From an uncultured Spirochaetota bacterium (GTDB lineage: Bacteria; Spirochaetota; UBA4802; UBA5550), in contig CAWHAA010000004.1 in assembly GCA_963827275.1 (NCBI GenBank), positions 672,001 to 736,000 on the forward strand: a DNA stretch of 64,000 bases. Direction: 5' to 3'. The position numbers and the translations under genes were made by a program. Each line of letters opens with the position of its first letter. Within the stretch, counting starts at the first letter, position 1. Shown one piece after another: positions 41,133 to 51,633 of the stretch. A model generated the notes under the pieces. It worked only from the letters and a program-made list of their open reading frames with translations. It was not told where the DNA came from and made no database searches.

Positions 41133-42096
41133 GCAATTCCTGCTTCGCCCCTTCCTTGCCCCCGATCCCCCGATAGGTATCGGCCGACCGCTTCCACCAG
41201 GCAGCGAGCAGGCTCGCGATCAGGGAGTGGAAGAGGCTCGACATGGCGCTCGGGATCGCCGTGGCGGGATTTGCGAAATTTGCCCGCGCCAGCACCGCGC
41301 CCAGGCCGGAGTTCTGCATCCCCACCTCGATCGAAATGGTCCGGGCGGAGAGGACGTCCCGGGTCAGGGCAAACGAGACGGCATATCCGAGTAAGAAGCC
41401 CCCCGCATGGAGCGAGAATACCGCGGCGATGAGCCGCCACCCGGCTTTCAGTATCTCCTCCCTGCCGGCGCCGATTATTGACGCCACGATGAGCGTGATG
41501 AAGACCACCGCGACGAGGGGCATGACGGGGAGGATGCGGCCGGTCAGCCGCGGGAGGTAGCGGTTCATGACGACGCCTGCCGCCACCGGCAGCAGGATCA
41601 CCTGCACCGTCGTGAGGAAGAGGCCCAGCGCGGGAACGTCCACCCGGCTCCCCGCCAGGAGGGTTGCGAAGAAGGGCGTTGCGGCGATCGCCATGAGCGT
41701 CGATATGCTTGTCATGGTGACGGAGAGCGGCACGTCGGCCTTCGCCAGGTAGGCAATGACGTTTGACGCGGTGCCGCCCGGGCACGAAGCCACCAGGATG
41801 AGGCCCACCGCCAGCGGCGTCGGGAGGTTGTACAGGGACGCGAGGCACCAGCCCAGCGCCGGCATGATGCCGAACTGGAGCGCTACGCCTGCGGCGACGC
41901 GTCCCGGGAAACGCGCGACGCGCCTGAAGTCGTCCACCGTGAGGGTGATCCCCATGCCGAGCATGATGATGCCCAGTCCCGCTGTGATCATCCGGCCGGA
42001 AAACCAGGTAAATGACGGCGGGTAGGCGAGGGATACGAGGCTGGCAATGAGCACCCAGGCCGGGAACCCCCTTGTGGCGAAGTCGATTATCTTCAT
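41125..42096 (-). CDS. Bile acid:sodium symporter family transporter
   Basis: MLGMGITL, QFGIMP, CPGGTASN, IEVGMQNSGLG. Confidence 0.92.
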   Translation of the reverse strand: MKIIDFATRGFPAWVLIASLVSLAYPPSFTWFSGRMITAGLGIIMLGMGITLTVDDFRRVARFPGRVAAGVALQFGIMPALGWCLASLYNLPTPLAVGLILVASCPGGTASNVIAYLAKADVPLSVTMTSISTLMAIAATPFFATLLAGSRVDVPALGLFLTTVQVILLPVAAGVVMNRYLPRLTGRILPVMPLVAVVFITLIVASIIGAGREEILKAGWRLIAAVFSLHAGGFLLGYAVSFALTRDVLSARTISIEVGMQNSGLGAVLARANFANPATAIPSAMSSLFHSLIASLLAAWWKRSADTYRGIGGKEGAKQELHR

Positions 42097-42210
42097 TCGG
42101 TTATGGCTTCAATAAAAAATAGTGTACGGTCTCTCGATTTTTTGTTACTATATGAATGATCACGAAATTGGCCAGCATTATTTGTTGCTAGCGGCAATAT
42201 TTCAGATAGG

Positions 42211-43623
42211 ATGGTCCTGATGAACGTGAACATGGCGCGCGTCTTTCTCGCCGGATTGCTCCTGCTGGGCACGCTGTCCGGCGCATGCAAAAAAACCGGC
42301 GCCTCCACGGCGCCCCGGCAGGGCGACCTGGAGGCGTTTGCCACGGTGCTTGTCGCCCTGAACGCGCTGACGCCCCCCTGCGATGCGGGCGGGCCATTGT
42401 TCCATGAGTATACCATCGACCTGACGGGTACGGTGTCGCATTCCCAGGCGGGGATAGATTACGGGCAGTTCATAAAGGCCCGCGTCCCGAATTTCGAGGT
42501 GATCGTCGATTTCTACCTGTTCCTGGTCACGCAGGCGGTCCCGTATCAGACGCTCCTCGATCGCGCCGCCGCCATCAGGAATAACATCCCTGTGGATTAC
42601 CGGGACGAGATAGACGGCATGGCGGGGGAACTCTGCAGCACGCCGGCGAACACGGCGGGCGATGGCAGGCTTTCTCCTGACGAGCTCTATCTTCTTCAAC
42701 TGGTGCCCGATATCGTCGTCGACCCCCTCTGCTCGTCGGTGGCGGTGTTCGGGACGACCTCCGATACCGGGAGCACAATCGTCGGGAGGAACCTGGAGTG
42801 GTTCGGCGGATGGCCGCGCGAGTACCTGTCGCTGCTGCAGGCCGTTGTGACCGTGAAAAATCCCGCGCCGAAAAGGTCGGTCTGCCTCATCGGGTATCTC
42901 GGGTTCGCGGGCTGCATCACCGGCTTTAACAGCGCCGGCGTCTTCGGCGCCATCCATGTTGCCAGGGGCAACGCTGCCGTGGAAGATCCCTGGGACTATG
43001 ATAGTTCCGGTTCCTACAGCCTTGACCTGCGGGAGGCCCTTGAGGACCAGGACAGCGATTCGGTGGACGACGTGGGCGCTTTCTTGACCCCCAAAACAGA
43101 AATCGCCGGCCACCTGATAGCGCTGGCTGACCCGTCGGCCGCGAAGGTGCTGGAGTATAATCCGGGGCCGGACCTTCTGCATGATTTGAGGGTGCTGCGC
43201 GGCTATAATGACGCGTTGAATCCGGGGATAGACTGGGTCGATACTTCTTCATACCATGCAATCGGCGCGGTCAATTCGTTCGTGTACTGGGGGAACGGGG
43301 CCGATGCCAACAACCATACCGGGAATAACGTGACGCGGTGGAACACCATGCGGGACCAGTTGCAGGCCAGGCTCGATGACCTCGATACCCCGGGCACGGT
43401 CACGGAGGATGAATTGCGGCAGGTCATCACCTATTACGGCGGCGCCGCGCCGGGCGATGTGGATGGCGACCTGTTCCGCGAATATGTCCAGCATACGGTG
43501 ATATATGCGCCCGGCGTGGCCCCCGCCACCGCCCGGGTCCATTTTCACCCCTTGTGTGTGAATACACCGGGCGATCCGGCGGGACCCGGGTTCACCTTCC
43601 AAACCATAACCGCCGATTTCTGA
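42211..43623 (+). CDS. C45-family Ntn-hydrolase/acyltransferase lipoprotein
   Basis: Lipobox LSGAC; LCSSVAV nucleophile; GRNLEW; TGFNSAG. Confidence 0.7.
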   Translation: MVLMNVNMARVFLAGLLLLGTLSGACKKTGASTAPRQGDLEAFATVLVALNALTPPCDAGGPLFHEYTIDLTGTVSHSQAGIDYGQFIKARVPNFEVIVDFYLFLVTQAVPYQTLLDRAAAIRNNIPVDYRDEIDGMAGELCSTPANTAGDGRLSPDELYLLQLVPDIVVDPLCSSVAVFGTTSDTGSTIVGRNLEWFGGWPREYLSLLQAVVTVKNPAPKRSVCLIGYLGFAGCITGFNSAGVFGAIHVARGNAAVEDPWDYDSSGSYSLDLREALEDQDSDSVDDVGAFLTPKTEIAGHLIALADPSAAKVLEYNPGPDLLHDLRVLRGYNDALNPGIDWVDTSSYHAIGAVNSFVYWGNGADANNHTGNNVTRWNTMRDQLQARLDDLDTPGTVTEDELRQVITYYGGAAPGDVDGDLFREYVQHTVIYAPGVAPATARVHFHPLCVNTPGDPAGPGFTFQTITADF

Positions 43624-43636
43624 TAATCCGCGGCGG

Positions 43637-45028
43637 CTACAGCCATTTCTTGCGAATAAACATCACGATCGCGGCGATGGAGAAGAGGCCGCTTATCAGG
43701 AGGACCAGGACAAAGCCGTGCGGGTGGCCCTGGAACGGGAGCTTCACGTTCATCCCGTAGAAGGTCGCGACTATCATGGGGATGGTGAGGATGATGGTGA
43801 CCGAGGTCAGGAACTTGATGGTTATGTTCAGGTTGTTGGAGATGACCGAGGCGAAGGCGTCCATCATGCCGCTCATGATGTCGCTGTAGACGTTCGCCAT
43901 TTCGAGCGCCTGGCGCGTCTCGATCACGATGTCCTCGAAGATGTCCTCGATCTCCGCATCCATCTTCATGATGCCGTGCCTCTGGAGCCGTCCCAGCATG
44001 AGCTCGTTCGTCTTGAGCGACGTGGTGAAGTAGACCAGGCACTTCTCCATGTTCATCAGCTTGATGAGCTGCTTGTTCTTCGATTCCTGCTCCAGTTTTT
44101 TCTGGATTATGGTCGCCGCGTTGTTGATCTGCTTCAAGTACTGGAGGTAGAGCATGAGCGAGCGCAGGATGATCTGTAAAATAAACTTTACCCCGGTGAT
44201 CGTCGTTATGTTCTTCACCTTCCCCTCGATGAAGTCCGGGAGCACAACCTCTTCCTTCGAACAGATGGTGATGAGCGTCCCACCCGTCATGATCACGCCT
44301 ATCGGCAGGGTGACGTAGGGCAGGTCGGGATTGTGCTCGTCGAAATACGGCACCTTGATGATGATGAGGGTGGCGGCCCCCTCGGTCTCGATGCGCGCCG
44401 TTTCATCTATGTCGAGCGATGCGGTGAGAAAGTCGAAGGGCACGTTGAAGTTCTGCGCCAGCAGCGGGAGGTCGTCCCGCGAAGGGTTGATGATGTTGAC
44501 CCAGCAGTTCTTCTCTATGCGGTCCACCTGCCTGATGGCCCCGTCCGCCAGCCTGTACACCCGGATGAGCGGCAGGACCTCGACGGCGACCTCCTCCGCC
44601 GTCATTTCCTCTTCGACCGGGATCTCTGATTTCAGGATCTGGTCCAGGAGCCCCGTGAGCTCGATGGCCTCCTTCACAAGCGACCGCTGCGACAGCTCCC
44701 GTATCTCCTTCTGGAGGGCGATGGGCAGGACCGTAAGGAAGGCCAGGCGCTTGTCATCATGCATGCCGGAGATCAGCTCGACCCACGCTTCCCTGTCAAC
44801 AAGGGCAAGGATGGACAGCTTGATGTCGTCGTCATAATAGCTGAATATGTTCGAGCGCATTTCAGCGGGGAGCTCGTCGAGGATCCTCTTGTTCTCCTCC
44901 GCGGTCATGGCGCCGAGGAAGTCGGCCACGACCGAGGGCGGGGTTGACGTGCAGAATTCCTTGATCTCGTCGATATTGTCGGAAGCGAGCATGTCGCGGA
45001 ATTCCGGTACCAGCAGCGGGTTTTTCAT
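43637..45028 (-). CDS. CorA-family Mg2+ transporter fused to an MgtE N-terminal domain
   Basis: YGMNV signature and two C-terminal TMs; N-terminus resembles MgtE_N. Confidence 0.8.
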   Translation of the reverse strand: MKNPLLVPEFRDMLASDNIDEIKEFCTSTPPSVVADFLGAMTAEENKRILDELPAEMRSNIFSYYDDDIKLSILALVDREAWVELISGMHDDKRLAFLTVLPIALQKEIRELSQRSLVKEAIELTGLLDQILKSEIPVEEEMTAEEVAVEVLPLIRVYRLADGAIRQVDRIEKNCWVNIINPSRDDLPLLAQNFNVPFDFLTASLDIDETARIETEGAATLIIIKVPYFDEHNPDLPYVTLPIGVIMTGGTLITICSKEEVVLPDFIEGKVKNITTITGVKFILQIILRSLMLYLQYLKQINNAATIIQKKLEQESKNKQLIKLMNMEKCLVYFTTSLKTNELMLGRLQRHGIMKMDAEIEDIFEDIVIETRQALEMANVYSDIMSGMMDAFASVISNNLNITIKFLTSVTIILTIPMIVATFYGMNVKLPFQGHPHGFVLVLLISGLFSIAAIVMFIRKKWL

Positions 45029-45309
45029 GCGGCGCCTCCATTGTGGATCGGGTCCCGTGCGTCAGCCGCGGCTGGCCGGGCAGCCTGTCGCGGCGCTACC
45101 CTCCGGGGCCCGCACGAGTGTACCCGCTGAAATGCGGGATGTCAAGAAATTTTAGTCGTGCCCGGGCCGCGGTGTCGGTTTATCGGCCGGCCACGGGAAT
45201 ATTTATTTCAATGGTTGAAATATTCTATTGACAAATGCTGGAACTTTTTGTCTATTATTAGGGTCTAAAAAACAGAATTGCAGAATATCAAAAAAGGAGG
45301 AGCATTCCA

Positions 45310-45861
45310 GTGAAAAAAATTGGTTTGTTTGTAATCATCGCAACAATGATAATTTCCCTGTCGGCATCCGACGGATTTGCTGCGGGCGCATTGGTGAAAA
45401 ACGGCAGCGGCGTCAGGACCAAGTCGATTTTCGGCACATTGTACTACCTGACCCTCATGGTCCCCGCGCAGCTCAAGGGCAAGGACGCCAAGACGCTTAT
45501 CGAGGCGGACGACGCGATGTCCATGATACTGGTTCTTGACAGCAAGCTGATAACCCGCGACCGGTTCGTCGATGCGACCAGCGAAGGGTTCGGCAAGGCC
45601 GCGGCGGCCGGATATGTTTCCGCGAGCAAGCAGAAGTTCCTGGACCAGTTCGGCAAGGTGAAATTCACCAAGGGCGATGTCGTAAGCATGAGTTATACAA
45701 AGGCGGGCCTTGTCACTTCTTACAAATACAAGGCAACCGGCAAAGTCGAGGTTCTGGGTACCATCCCGGGTCTTGACCTGAAAAAAGCCCTCTTTGCCAT
45801 CTGGCTTGGCCCGAAGCCGATCCAGGATTCGTTGAAAGCATCGCTCTTATCGGGCAAGTAA
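45310..45861 (+). CDS. Chalcone isomerase-like exported protein
   Basis: LVKNGSGVRTK, ALFAIWLGPKP..LK..LL. Confidence 0.8.
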   Translation: MKKIGLFVIIATMIISLSASDGFAAGALVKNGSGVRTKSIFGTLYYLTLMVPAQLKGKDAKTLIEADDAMSMILVLDSKLITRDRFVDATSEGFGKAAAAGYVSASKQKFLDQFGKVKFTKGDVVSMSYTKAGLVTSYKYKATGKVEVLGTIPGLDLKKALFAIWLGPKPIQDSLKASLLSGK

Positions 45862-45883
45862 TCCATTGTTTCTGAAAAACACG

Positions 45884-45916
45884 AAGGGGCTGTCCGATGG
45901 GGACAGCCTTTTTTTT
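45884..45916 (+). terminator. Intrinsic terminator
   Basis: GGCTGTCC-GATGG-GGACAGCC-T8. Confidence 0.85.
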
Positions 45917-46047
45917 AACCACTCTTTTATTTTTGCAACCGTTTTTGATTTTTCCTGTCTTTATCACAGGTAACATAATCCAGCAGGTATCTGCATGCCC
46001 ATACGATATCATGTTACGGAATACTATTATTTTGGAGAATACGCGCA

Positions 46048-46989
46048 ATGAACATGACAAATCCTGATACCTCCGGGCCTGATATCGCGGTGAAACGAAA
46101 TGAGTCCCCCCTTGCCACCCTGGGATACAACCTCAGGGGGATACTCTCAATGCTGCTGCTCTATATAAACACCTCATTCTGGTTTGTGTTCCTCCTGCCC
46201 CTGTCCATTCTGAAGCTCATCATCCCGATCAGCGGCTGGAGAAAATTATGCGGGCTGCTCCTGAACACCATCGCCGTTTCATGGATATCGATCAACAATT
46301 TCTACCTGCGGTGGCTGCACAGGATCACATGGGACGTGCGGGGCATGGAAGGCCTTTCGCTTGACCGGTGGTACCTGGTAATATCAAACCACCAGACATG
46401 GGTGGATATTGTCGTTCTCCAGAAAATCTTCAACCGGAAGATCCCGTTCCTCAAATTCTTTCTCAAGAAAGAGCTGATCTGGGTCCCGCTGCTCGGGATT
46501 GCCTGGTGGGCGCTTGACTTCCCGTTCATGAAAAGATACTCGGCGCAGTTTTTAAAGAAGCATCCGCACCTCAAGGGAAAGGACATCGAGATAACCCGGA
46601 AGGCTTGCAGAAAATTCAAGTCACTGCCGGTCTCCATCATGAACTTTGTCGAAGGGACCCGCTTCACCCCTGAAAAGCATGACAAGCAGCAATCGCCGTT
46701 CCGGCACCTGCTCAGGCCGAAGGCCGGCGGGATCGGGTTCGTGCTCTCCACCATGGGAGAGCAGCTGAGCGACATCCTGAACGTTACCATCATGTACCCG
46801 GGCGGCGAAACGAGCTTCTGGGGCTTTCTCTGCGGCAGGATAAAAGAGATCCGCATCGTGGTGGAAAAAATCCCGGTCACCCCTGAAATGCTCGGCGACT
46901 ATGTCGAGGATAAGGAATTCCAGGTCAAATTCCAGGAATGGGTGAACGTGCTCTGGACAAAAAAGGACGCGATGCTCGATGCGTCCTGA
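46048..46989 (+). CDS. yihG: YihG-like acyltransferase
   Basis: NHQTWVD, KFFLKKEL, NFVEGTRF, LLRPKAGG. Confidence 0.85.
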   Translation: MNMTNPDTSGPDIAVKRNESPLATLGYNLRGILSMLLLYINTSFWFVFLLPLSILKLIIPISGWRKLCGLLLNTIAVSWISINNFYLRWLHRITWDVRGMEGLSLDRWYLVISNHQTWVDIVVLQKIFNRKIPFLKFFLKKELIWVPLLGIAWWALDFPFMKRYSAQFLKKHPHLKGKDIEITRKACRKFKSLPVSIMNFVEGTRFTPEKHDKQQSPFRHLLRPKAGGIGFVLSTMGEQLSDILNVTIMYPGGETSFWGFLCGRIKEIRIVVEKIPVTPEMLGDYVEDKEFQVKFQEWVNVLWTKKDAMLDAS

Positions 46990-47222
46990 ACGCGCGTGAC
47001 GGAGTCCCCGCGGGTCGCATCGCCGGCGGATACCCGTCGCCCCCGAAACCCCGCATATACGGAAAACCCCTTCCGGTACCGGTCCAGGGCGGATAAAATT
47101 ACCCCTGGCCGGCATTAATGCTATTGACGCCGACCCCGCAGCGTGATAATTATCATCCGTCCCTATCGGGGACACCTTCTCTTGTTCCGGTACAAACTAT
47201 TTTTATCAAAAGGAGATTGATC

Positions 47223-47597
47223 ATGAAAAAAATCATCGTTGGTGCCGTACTCTGCGTGGCGGGCCTCGTTTTTGCCGGCTGCGATACGTTCCAGTTTACA
47301 CAGAAGAGCATGTGCAAGGAATGCCTTGCCGAGGCAAAAACGCGGTCCAATACGATTGCCACGACCCTGTTGAGCGGCAAGAATCCCACCGTCAAGATCG
47401 AGAATGATGTGCTGGTGATCGGCGCGAACAACCAGTTGCTGAACATCTCCTGCGCGGGTGATAACGGCTGCACGGTATCAACGACCAGGAAAAAATCCGA
47501 CGGTACCATGTCGGCCCCGCACACCGCGAGCGTCAAGGAGCTGGAATACCTCTATTGTCCGAAGACCCTCAAGAAATATAACACGGCGGCGAAGTAA
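47223..47597 (+). CDS. Hypothetical Cys-containing lipoprotein
   Basis: Lipobox FAGC; RBS AAGGAG. Confidence 0.7.
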   Translation: MKKIIVGAVLCVAGLVFAGCDTFQFTQKSMCKECLAEAKTRSNTIATTLLSGKNPTVKIENDVLVIGANNQLLNISCAGDNGCTVSTTRKKSDGTMSAPHTASVKELEYLYCPKTLKKYNTAAK

Positions 47598-47651
47598 CGC
47601 GCCAGTAACGCCGGCGGCGCCGGGGTGAAGGCGTGGCCGCCAGGCGCGCGA

Positions 47652-49154
47652 TCATTCCGGCGTTGTCGCCGCGAGGTACTTCCGGACGGCGAGCCCGGCG
47701 ACAAGGGCGGCGCCGAACACGATACACAGCGGCACGATAAAGTGCCAGGCCGCGATGAAGCCCAGGTGCTTGACGTAGCTCCGCACCGCGAGGTCCTGGA
47801 TGATGTCCGGGTAAAAAGAAAAGATGTTGCGGGACGCCCACAGGAGGGCGCCGCAGGCGGCCAGGACGAGGAGCGAGGGATAGAGCAGGAGCCGCTTCAG
47901 CGCCGCCAGCTTCCGCCTCCGGTCGGCCGTTGAGAAGAACAGGTACAGGATGAAGAGAACGGGGAGGGCCGCGGCGCCCCAGGCGGCATACCGTCCCCAG
48001 GAGAGGACCTCCATCGCCATCGCCAGCGTTTCCGCTTTCTCCCCCGTGAGCACCGGGCCGGACATGCGGATGACCCCTCTGTCGATCGTCAGCCCCAGCC
48101 TGCGCAGGTAGTTCCCCGCGAAATATTCGCCCAGCCCGGTATCGGAAAACTTGAAGAGCGTGGTGAGGAGGGTGCGGTTCTGGAGGTTGCCGATCGTGCC
48201 GAGCTTTTCAACCATGAGTTGGCTCATCACGTGCTTTTTACGGGGTGAGATGCCGGAATCGTCGTCCACCCAGAGGCTTACCTCGATATCGGGAACGTTC
48301 ACCACGAGGGTGCGGCCGCCGAGGCCTTCCGCGCCCATGTCGCGGCGGTAGAATATGTTCCTGCGCTCCACCTGCGCGTCGTAGCCGGTCATGAAGGCGA
48401 GGACCTTCTCTATCTCGCCCCTGACGGCGCCGTCGACCAGCTTCTCGTTCAGTATTTTTGAAAGCGGCCCCTCGATGCGCTCCAGGTCCGCGTATAATTT
48501 CCCCGAGAGGGTATCCCTGTGCTTTTCGGCTATCTTTTCCGCGTCCCGCTTCTTGTCTTCAAGGGTGGCGACTGCGTCCTCGTATTCCCCCCTGGCCTTT
48601 TTCATCGCGGCGAGCGCCGATTTGATCAGGTCGCCGTTCCCGTCCTGGTATGCTTCAATCTCCTTTATCCGCGCTGTTATGGCCGCGAGCTCCGTTTTCC
48701 TGTTCCTTTCAAAATCGTCCCGGTTCGGGAAGGTTTCTTTCACCTCTTTCCACTTGAGGCGGCCGAGGTCGCCGCGCTGTTTCTCGAGGGCCTCCAGTTC
48801 CTCGTCGCGGCTGGTCCGTTCGTATTCGGTCCGCGCCCTGTCGTAACGTGACCTGATGGTTTCGAATTCCGCCGTGAATTGCGTAAGCCGGAGGTCCTGC
48901 TCGATCTCATCGCTGACCTGCTTTTCCATCTGCCAGTTCTTTCCTTCCACGAAGGCGGTTATGAACCGGCCTTCCTTGAGGATGCCGGTGTAAAACGAGG
49001 GCCTGAGGATAACAGTGATGATGATGGCGGCGATCGCCGCGGCCGGGATGACGATAAGGGCGGCATACCCGATGATGGTAAAAAGGTACCCCCGGGGCGG
49101 CTGCGTTGTTCCGGTTCCTCTGCCGGTGTTTTCTGAATCTGGCGTGTCCGTCAT
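47652..49154 (-). CDS. Membrane protein with long coiled coil
   Basis: N-terminal TM, coiled coil, three C-terminal TMs. Confidence 0.65.
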   Translation of the reverse strand: MTDTPDSENTGRGTGTTQPPRGYLFTIIGYAALIVIPAAAIAAIIITVILRPSFYTGILKEGRFITAFVEGKNWQMEKQVSDEIEQDLRLTQFTAEFETIRSRYDRARTEYERTSRDEELEALEKQRGDLGRLKWKEVKETFPNRDDFERNRKTELAAITARIKEIEAYQDGNGDLIKSALAAMKKARGEYEDAVATLEDKKRDAEKIAEKHRDTLSGKLYADLERIEGPLSKILNEKLVDGAVRGEIEKVLAFMTGYDAQVERRNIFYRRDMGAEGLGGRTLVVNVPDIEVSLWVDDDSGISPRKKHVMSQLMVEKLGTIGNLQNRTLLTTLFKFSDTGLGEYFAGNYLRRLGLTIDRGVIRMSGPVLTGEKAETLAMAMEVLSWGRYAAWGAAALPVLFILYLFFSTADRRRKLAALKRLLLYPSLLVLAACGALLWASRNIFSFYPDIIQDLAVRSYVKHLGFIAAWHFIVPLCIVFGAALVAGLAVRKYLAATTPE

Positions 49155-49380
49155 CCTGTTCCCTCCGGGATAGTGGTTATAAGGCCCAGATAACGCCACC
49201 GGAACGGGCGCCTGTCAATTACATTTTGCCTCCTGCGCCGCCCGCCCGGCACGGTGATGAAAGCGTGGTTGACAAATATACAGTCCGCCGGTAGTGATGG
49301 ACCGCGCGACGATGTCCGAAACAACGTGTCGCGGAAAAAAAATTATATGACGCGCCGGCGGCGTTCGTTACCCATCGGAG

Positions 49381-49878
49381 GTGATGGCCATGGGAACGCG
49401 CAGCATTGTCGTGTCCGCCGCTGCCTGGCTCCTGCTTGTTTTCCTGTGCGGCTGCTCGAAGGCCCTGATAACGGCCCCCGTCGCCGCATCGAACGGCAGG
49501 TGGGAGATTGTCCTTAAGGACCTCAGGCTGGGACCGGACCAGTATGGCACGGCGAACGGTCACTGGGAGCCGAAAAAAGGGAGGAGGTTCCTCCGGGCGT
49601 CTGTCAGGATAACGAACGGGCTCAGGACCGACCAGGAGTTTCTCCTGGGAAAAATCATCCTGACCGCCGGCGGCAGGAAGGTGCGGCCGTTTATCCTCGA
49701 CATGGGGGGCCCCGTTTCACTGCGGGCAAATCCCGCTCCGCGGTGCGCGCCGGGAGAGACCATATCAAGGAAGATCATCTACATCGTGCCCGAGGGGGCG
49801 CCGCCGGAACGGATTACCTACGAGAGGACGGAGATACGGATACCGGCGGCAGCGCGGGAAGCGCGGCGCGGAATATGA
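49381..49878 (+). CDS. Lipoprotein, DUF4352-like Ig fold
   Basis: Lipobox LCGC; FLRASVRITN...PGETI..IYIVP. Confidence 0.55.
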   Translation: MMAMGTRSIVVSAAAWLLLVFLCGCSKALITAPVAASNGRWEIVLKDLRLGPDQYGTANGHWEPKKGRRFLRASVRITNGLRTDQEFLLGKIILTAGGRKVRPFILDMGGPVSLRANPAPRCAPGETISRKIIYIVPEGAPPERITYERTEIRIPAAAREARRGI

Positions 49879-49897
49879 CAGGGAGGCTGTTCATTAC

Positions 49898-50179
49898 ATG
49901 AAGCGTGAAACCATATCGTGCAGAAAGGGGTGCGGCGCCTGCTGCATCGCGCCGTCCATATCAAGCGCGCTCCCGGGGATGCCCGGCGGGAAACCGGCCG
50001 GCGTGACCTGCGTTAACCTGGACCCGCGCGACGCCACCTGCCTGATATGGGGCATGCCCGATTACCCGGCCGTGTGCCGGGAGTTCACCGCCACGCCCTG
50101 GCTCTGCGGCTCCTGCAGGGAGGAGGCCCTGGACCTTCTCGCCCGGCTTGAACGGGACACGCTGCCGGGCGGGCGGTGA
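49898..50179 (+). CDS. YkgJ/YeiW-family Cys-cluster protein
   Basis: CRKGCGACCIAPSISS..PGMPGGKPAG..C. Confidence 0.85.
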   Translation: MKRETISCRKGCGACCIAPSISSALPGMPGGKPAGVTCVNLDPRDATCLIWGMPDYPAVCREFTATPWLCGSCREEALDLLARLERDTLPGGR

Positions 50180-50483
50180 GGAGGCCTTGCGGCCTGCTAT
50201 TGCAGCGTGGCCCCGCACTTCCGGCAGGTCTTCGGGTTCATCGCGCCGCCCGGGTGCTTTGTGCGCGACAGGCACCGCCAGCTTGCATAACAGGCGATCA
50301 GCCCCCCCGATCGTTGCCACGGATACTTCTCCCGGGGATTGATTGACAGATGAATCTGTACCGGTAAGTATAGAAAAGGTTTAGGCCCCCCTGCCAACAG
50401 TATTTTCAGGCCGGTTGTGTCCCGGCAGGCCCTTCGTGAATGCTAATGTAACGGTGTTGAAACAACCCGGCGCAGAAAAAATA

Positions 50484-50512
50484 TTGACAGTCGCGTCGTT
50501 CGCGGATATTCT
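50484..50512 (+). promoter_or_regulatory. Sigma-70 promoter
   Basis: TTGACA-N17-TATTCT. Confidence 0.6.
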
Positions 50513-50622
50513 CTGGTAATATTCATGACCCGGCATGGCGCGGCGAAGATTCGATCGGCGGATTATTCCCTCGCTGACCGTGCGGCTACCGTGAAATTTT
50601 TATGACAGGTAAAGGGGTGCGT

Positions 50623-51627
50623 ATGAAAAAAGCGATTATCGGTCTGGTCCTGTGTGTGGCGTTTACGGCGCAGGCGTTTGCCCAGGCGGACGCCCGGAAG
50701 GAGGAAGGGGAGGGCGCGTCGGTCGGCCTCAGCTTCGGCATCGATTATTACAGCAAGTATATCTGGCGGGGCCTCGATTTTTACCAGGGAGACGGCTATT
50801 TCTATCCCTCGGTTTCATGGGACGTCTTCGATACCGGGCTCACCTTCAAGGTGGCCGGCGAGATCGCATCGAGCTGGGTCTTCAACGGGTTCACGAAAAA
50901 ACCGGACAAGTATTACTATGAAGACTGGACGCTGAGCACGCTGTACAAGAAGAAAAAGCAGATCAATTCCTACGCCTACGCCAACCAGGGCGTTGACTTC
51001 GGCGTTGAGTACTCCTACACGTTTGAAAACATCATCACCCTCGGGGCGAACTTCTGGTACTACTGGTACTTCAACTCGAAGTATGCCAGGGAGATGGCCT
51101 GGACGACCTATGAGTCCCTGAACATGGTGAAGAAGTGGGACACCAGCTATTTCAGCGCGGGCGTGAATATCGGCCTCGACTGCGTCCCCTGGATCAACCC
51201 CACCATCGCGGTCTTCTATGACAATTACGTCGGGTACGAGCGCTCCGGGGACTATTACCTCCAGGTCGGCTTCAGCCACGATTTCGAGGTGGTGAAGGAC
51301 GTGGTGACCATCACGCCGGGCATCACCGCCGGCTACTACTGGGGGCGGACCTACGGGTACAACAACTGGTATCTCATGTCGCTGAACGGGGTGGATTTTG
51401 ACCCGACGTCCGTGGTTGACGGCGGTGATGACTTCATCTGGCGGGACCACGCGGCGCCGAAGAAAGGGGTGAGCGACATCGTACCGTCGGTCACCATGAC
51501 CGTGACGCACGGCGGCTTCGCGTTCACGTCGGGCTTCTACTACGTCATCGTCCCCGCAAAGTCGTGGTACAAGGGCGGGCCGATACACAAGTTTTACGCG
51601 CAGCTCGGGATGTCCTACTCGCTGTAA
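50623..51627 (+). CDS. Outer-membrane porin-like protein (TorF-like)
   Basis: Signal peptide, DYYSKYIWRG, ends LGMSYSL. Confidence 0.65.
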   Translation: MKKAIIGLVLCVAFTAQAFAQADARKEEGEGASVGLSFGIDYYSKYIWRGLDFYQGDGYFYPSVSWDVFDTGLTFKVAGEIASSWVFNGFTKKPDKYYYEDWTLSTLYKKKKQINSYAYANQGVDFGVEYSYTFENIITLGANFWYYWYFNSKYAREMAWTTYESLNMVKKWDTSYFSAGVNIGLDCVPWINPTIAVFYDNYVGYERSGDYYLQVGFSHDFEVVKDVVTITPGITAGYYWGRTYGYNNWYLMSLNGVDFDPTSVVDGGDDFIWRDHAAPKKGVSDIVPSVTMTVTHGGFAFTSGFYYVIVPAKSWYKGGPIHKFYAQLGMSYSL

Positions 51628-51633
51628 CGGCCC

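Noticed and set aside
41060..41848. ORF ending in PITIA repeats
   Set aside because: Alternative frame of the symporter gene reading through the DNA array.
47143..47157. Fur-box-like TGATAATTATCA
   Set aside because: Only a 12-bp partial palindrome overlapping a likely -10 region; downstream gene has no iron link.
50197..50397. Small ORF with CRKC (zinc-ribbon remnant?)
   Set aside because: Only one CxxC, no convincing start or family resemblance.
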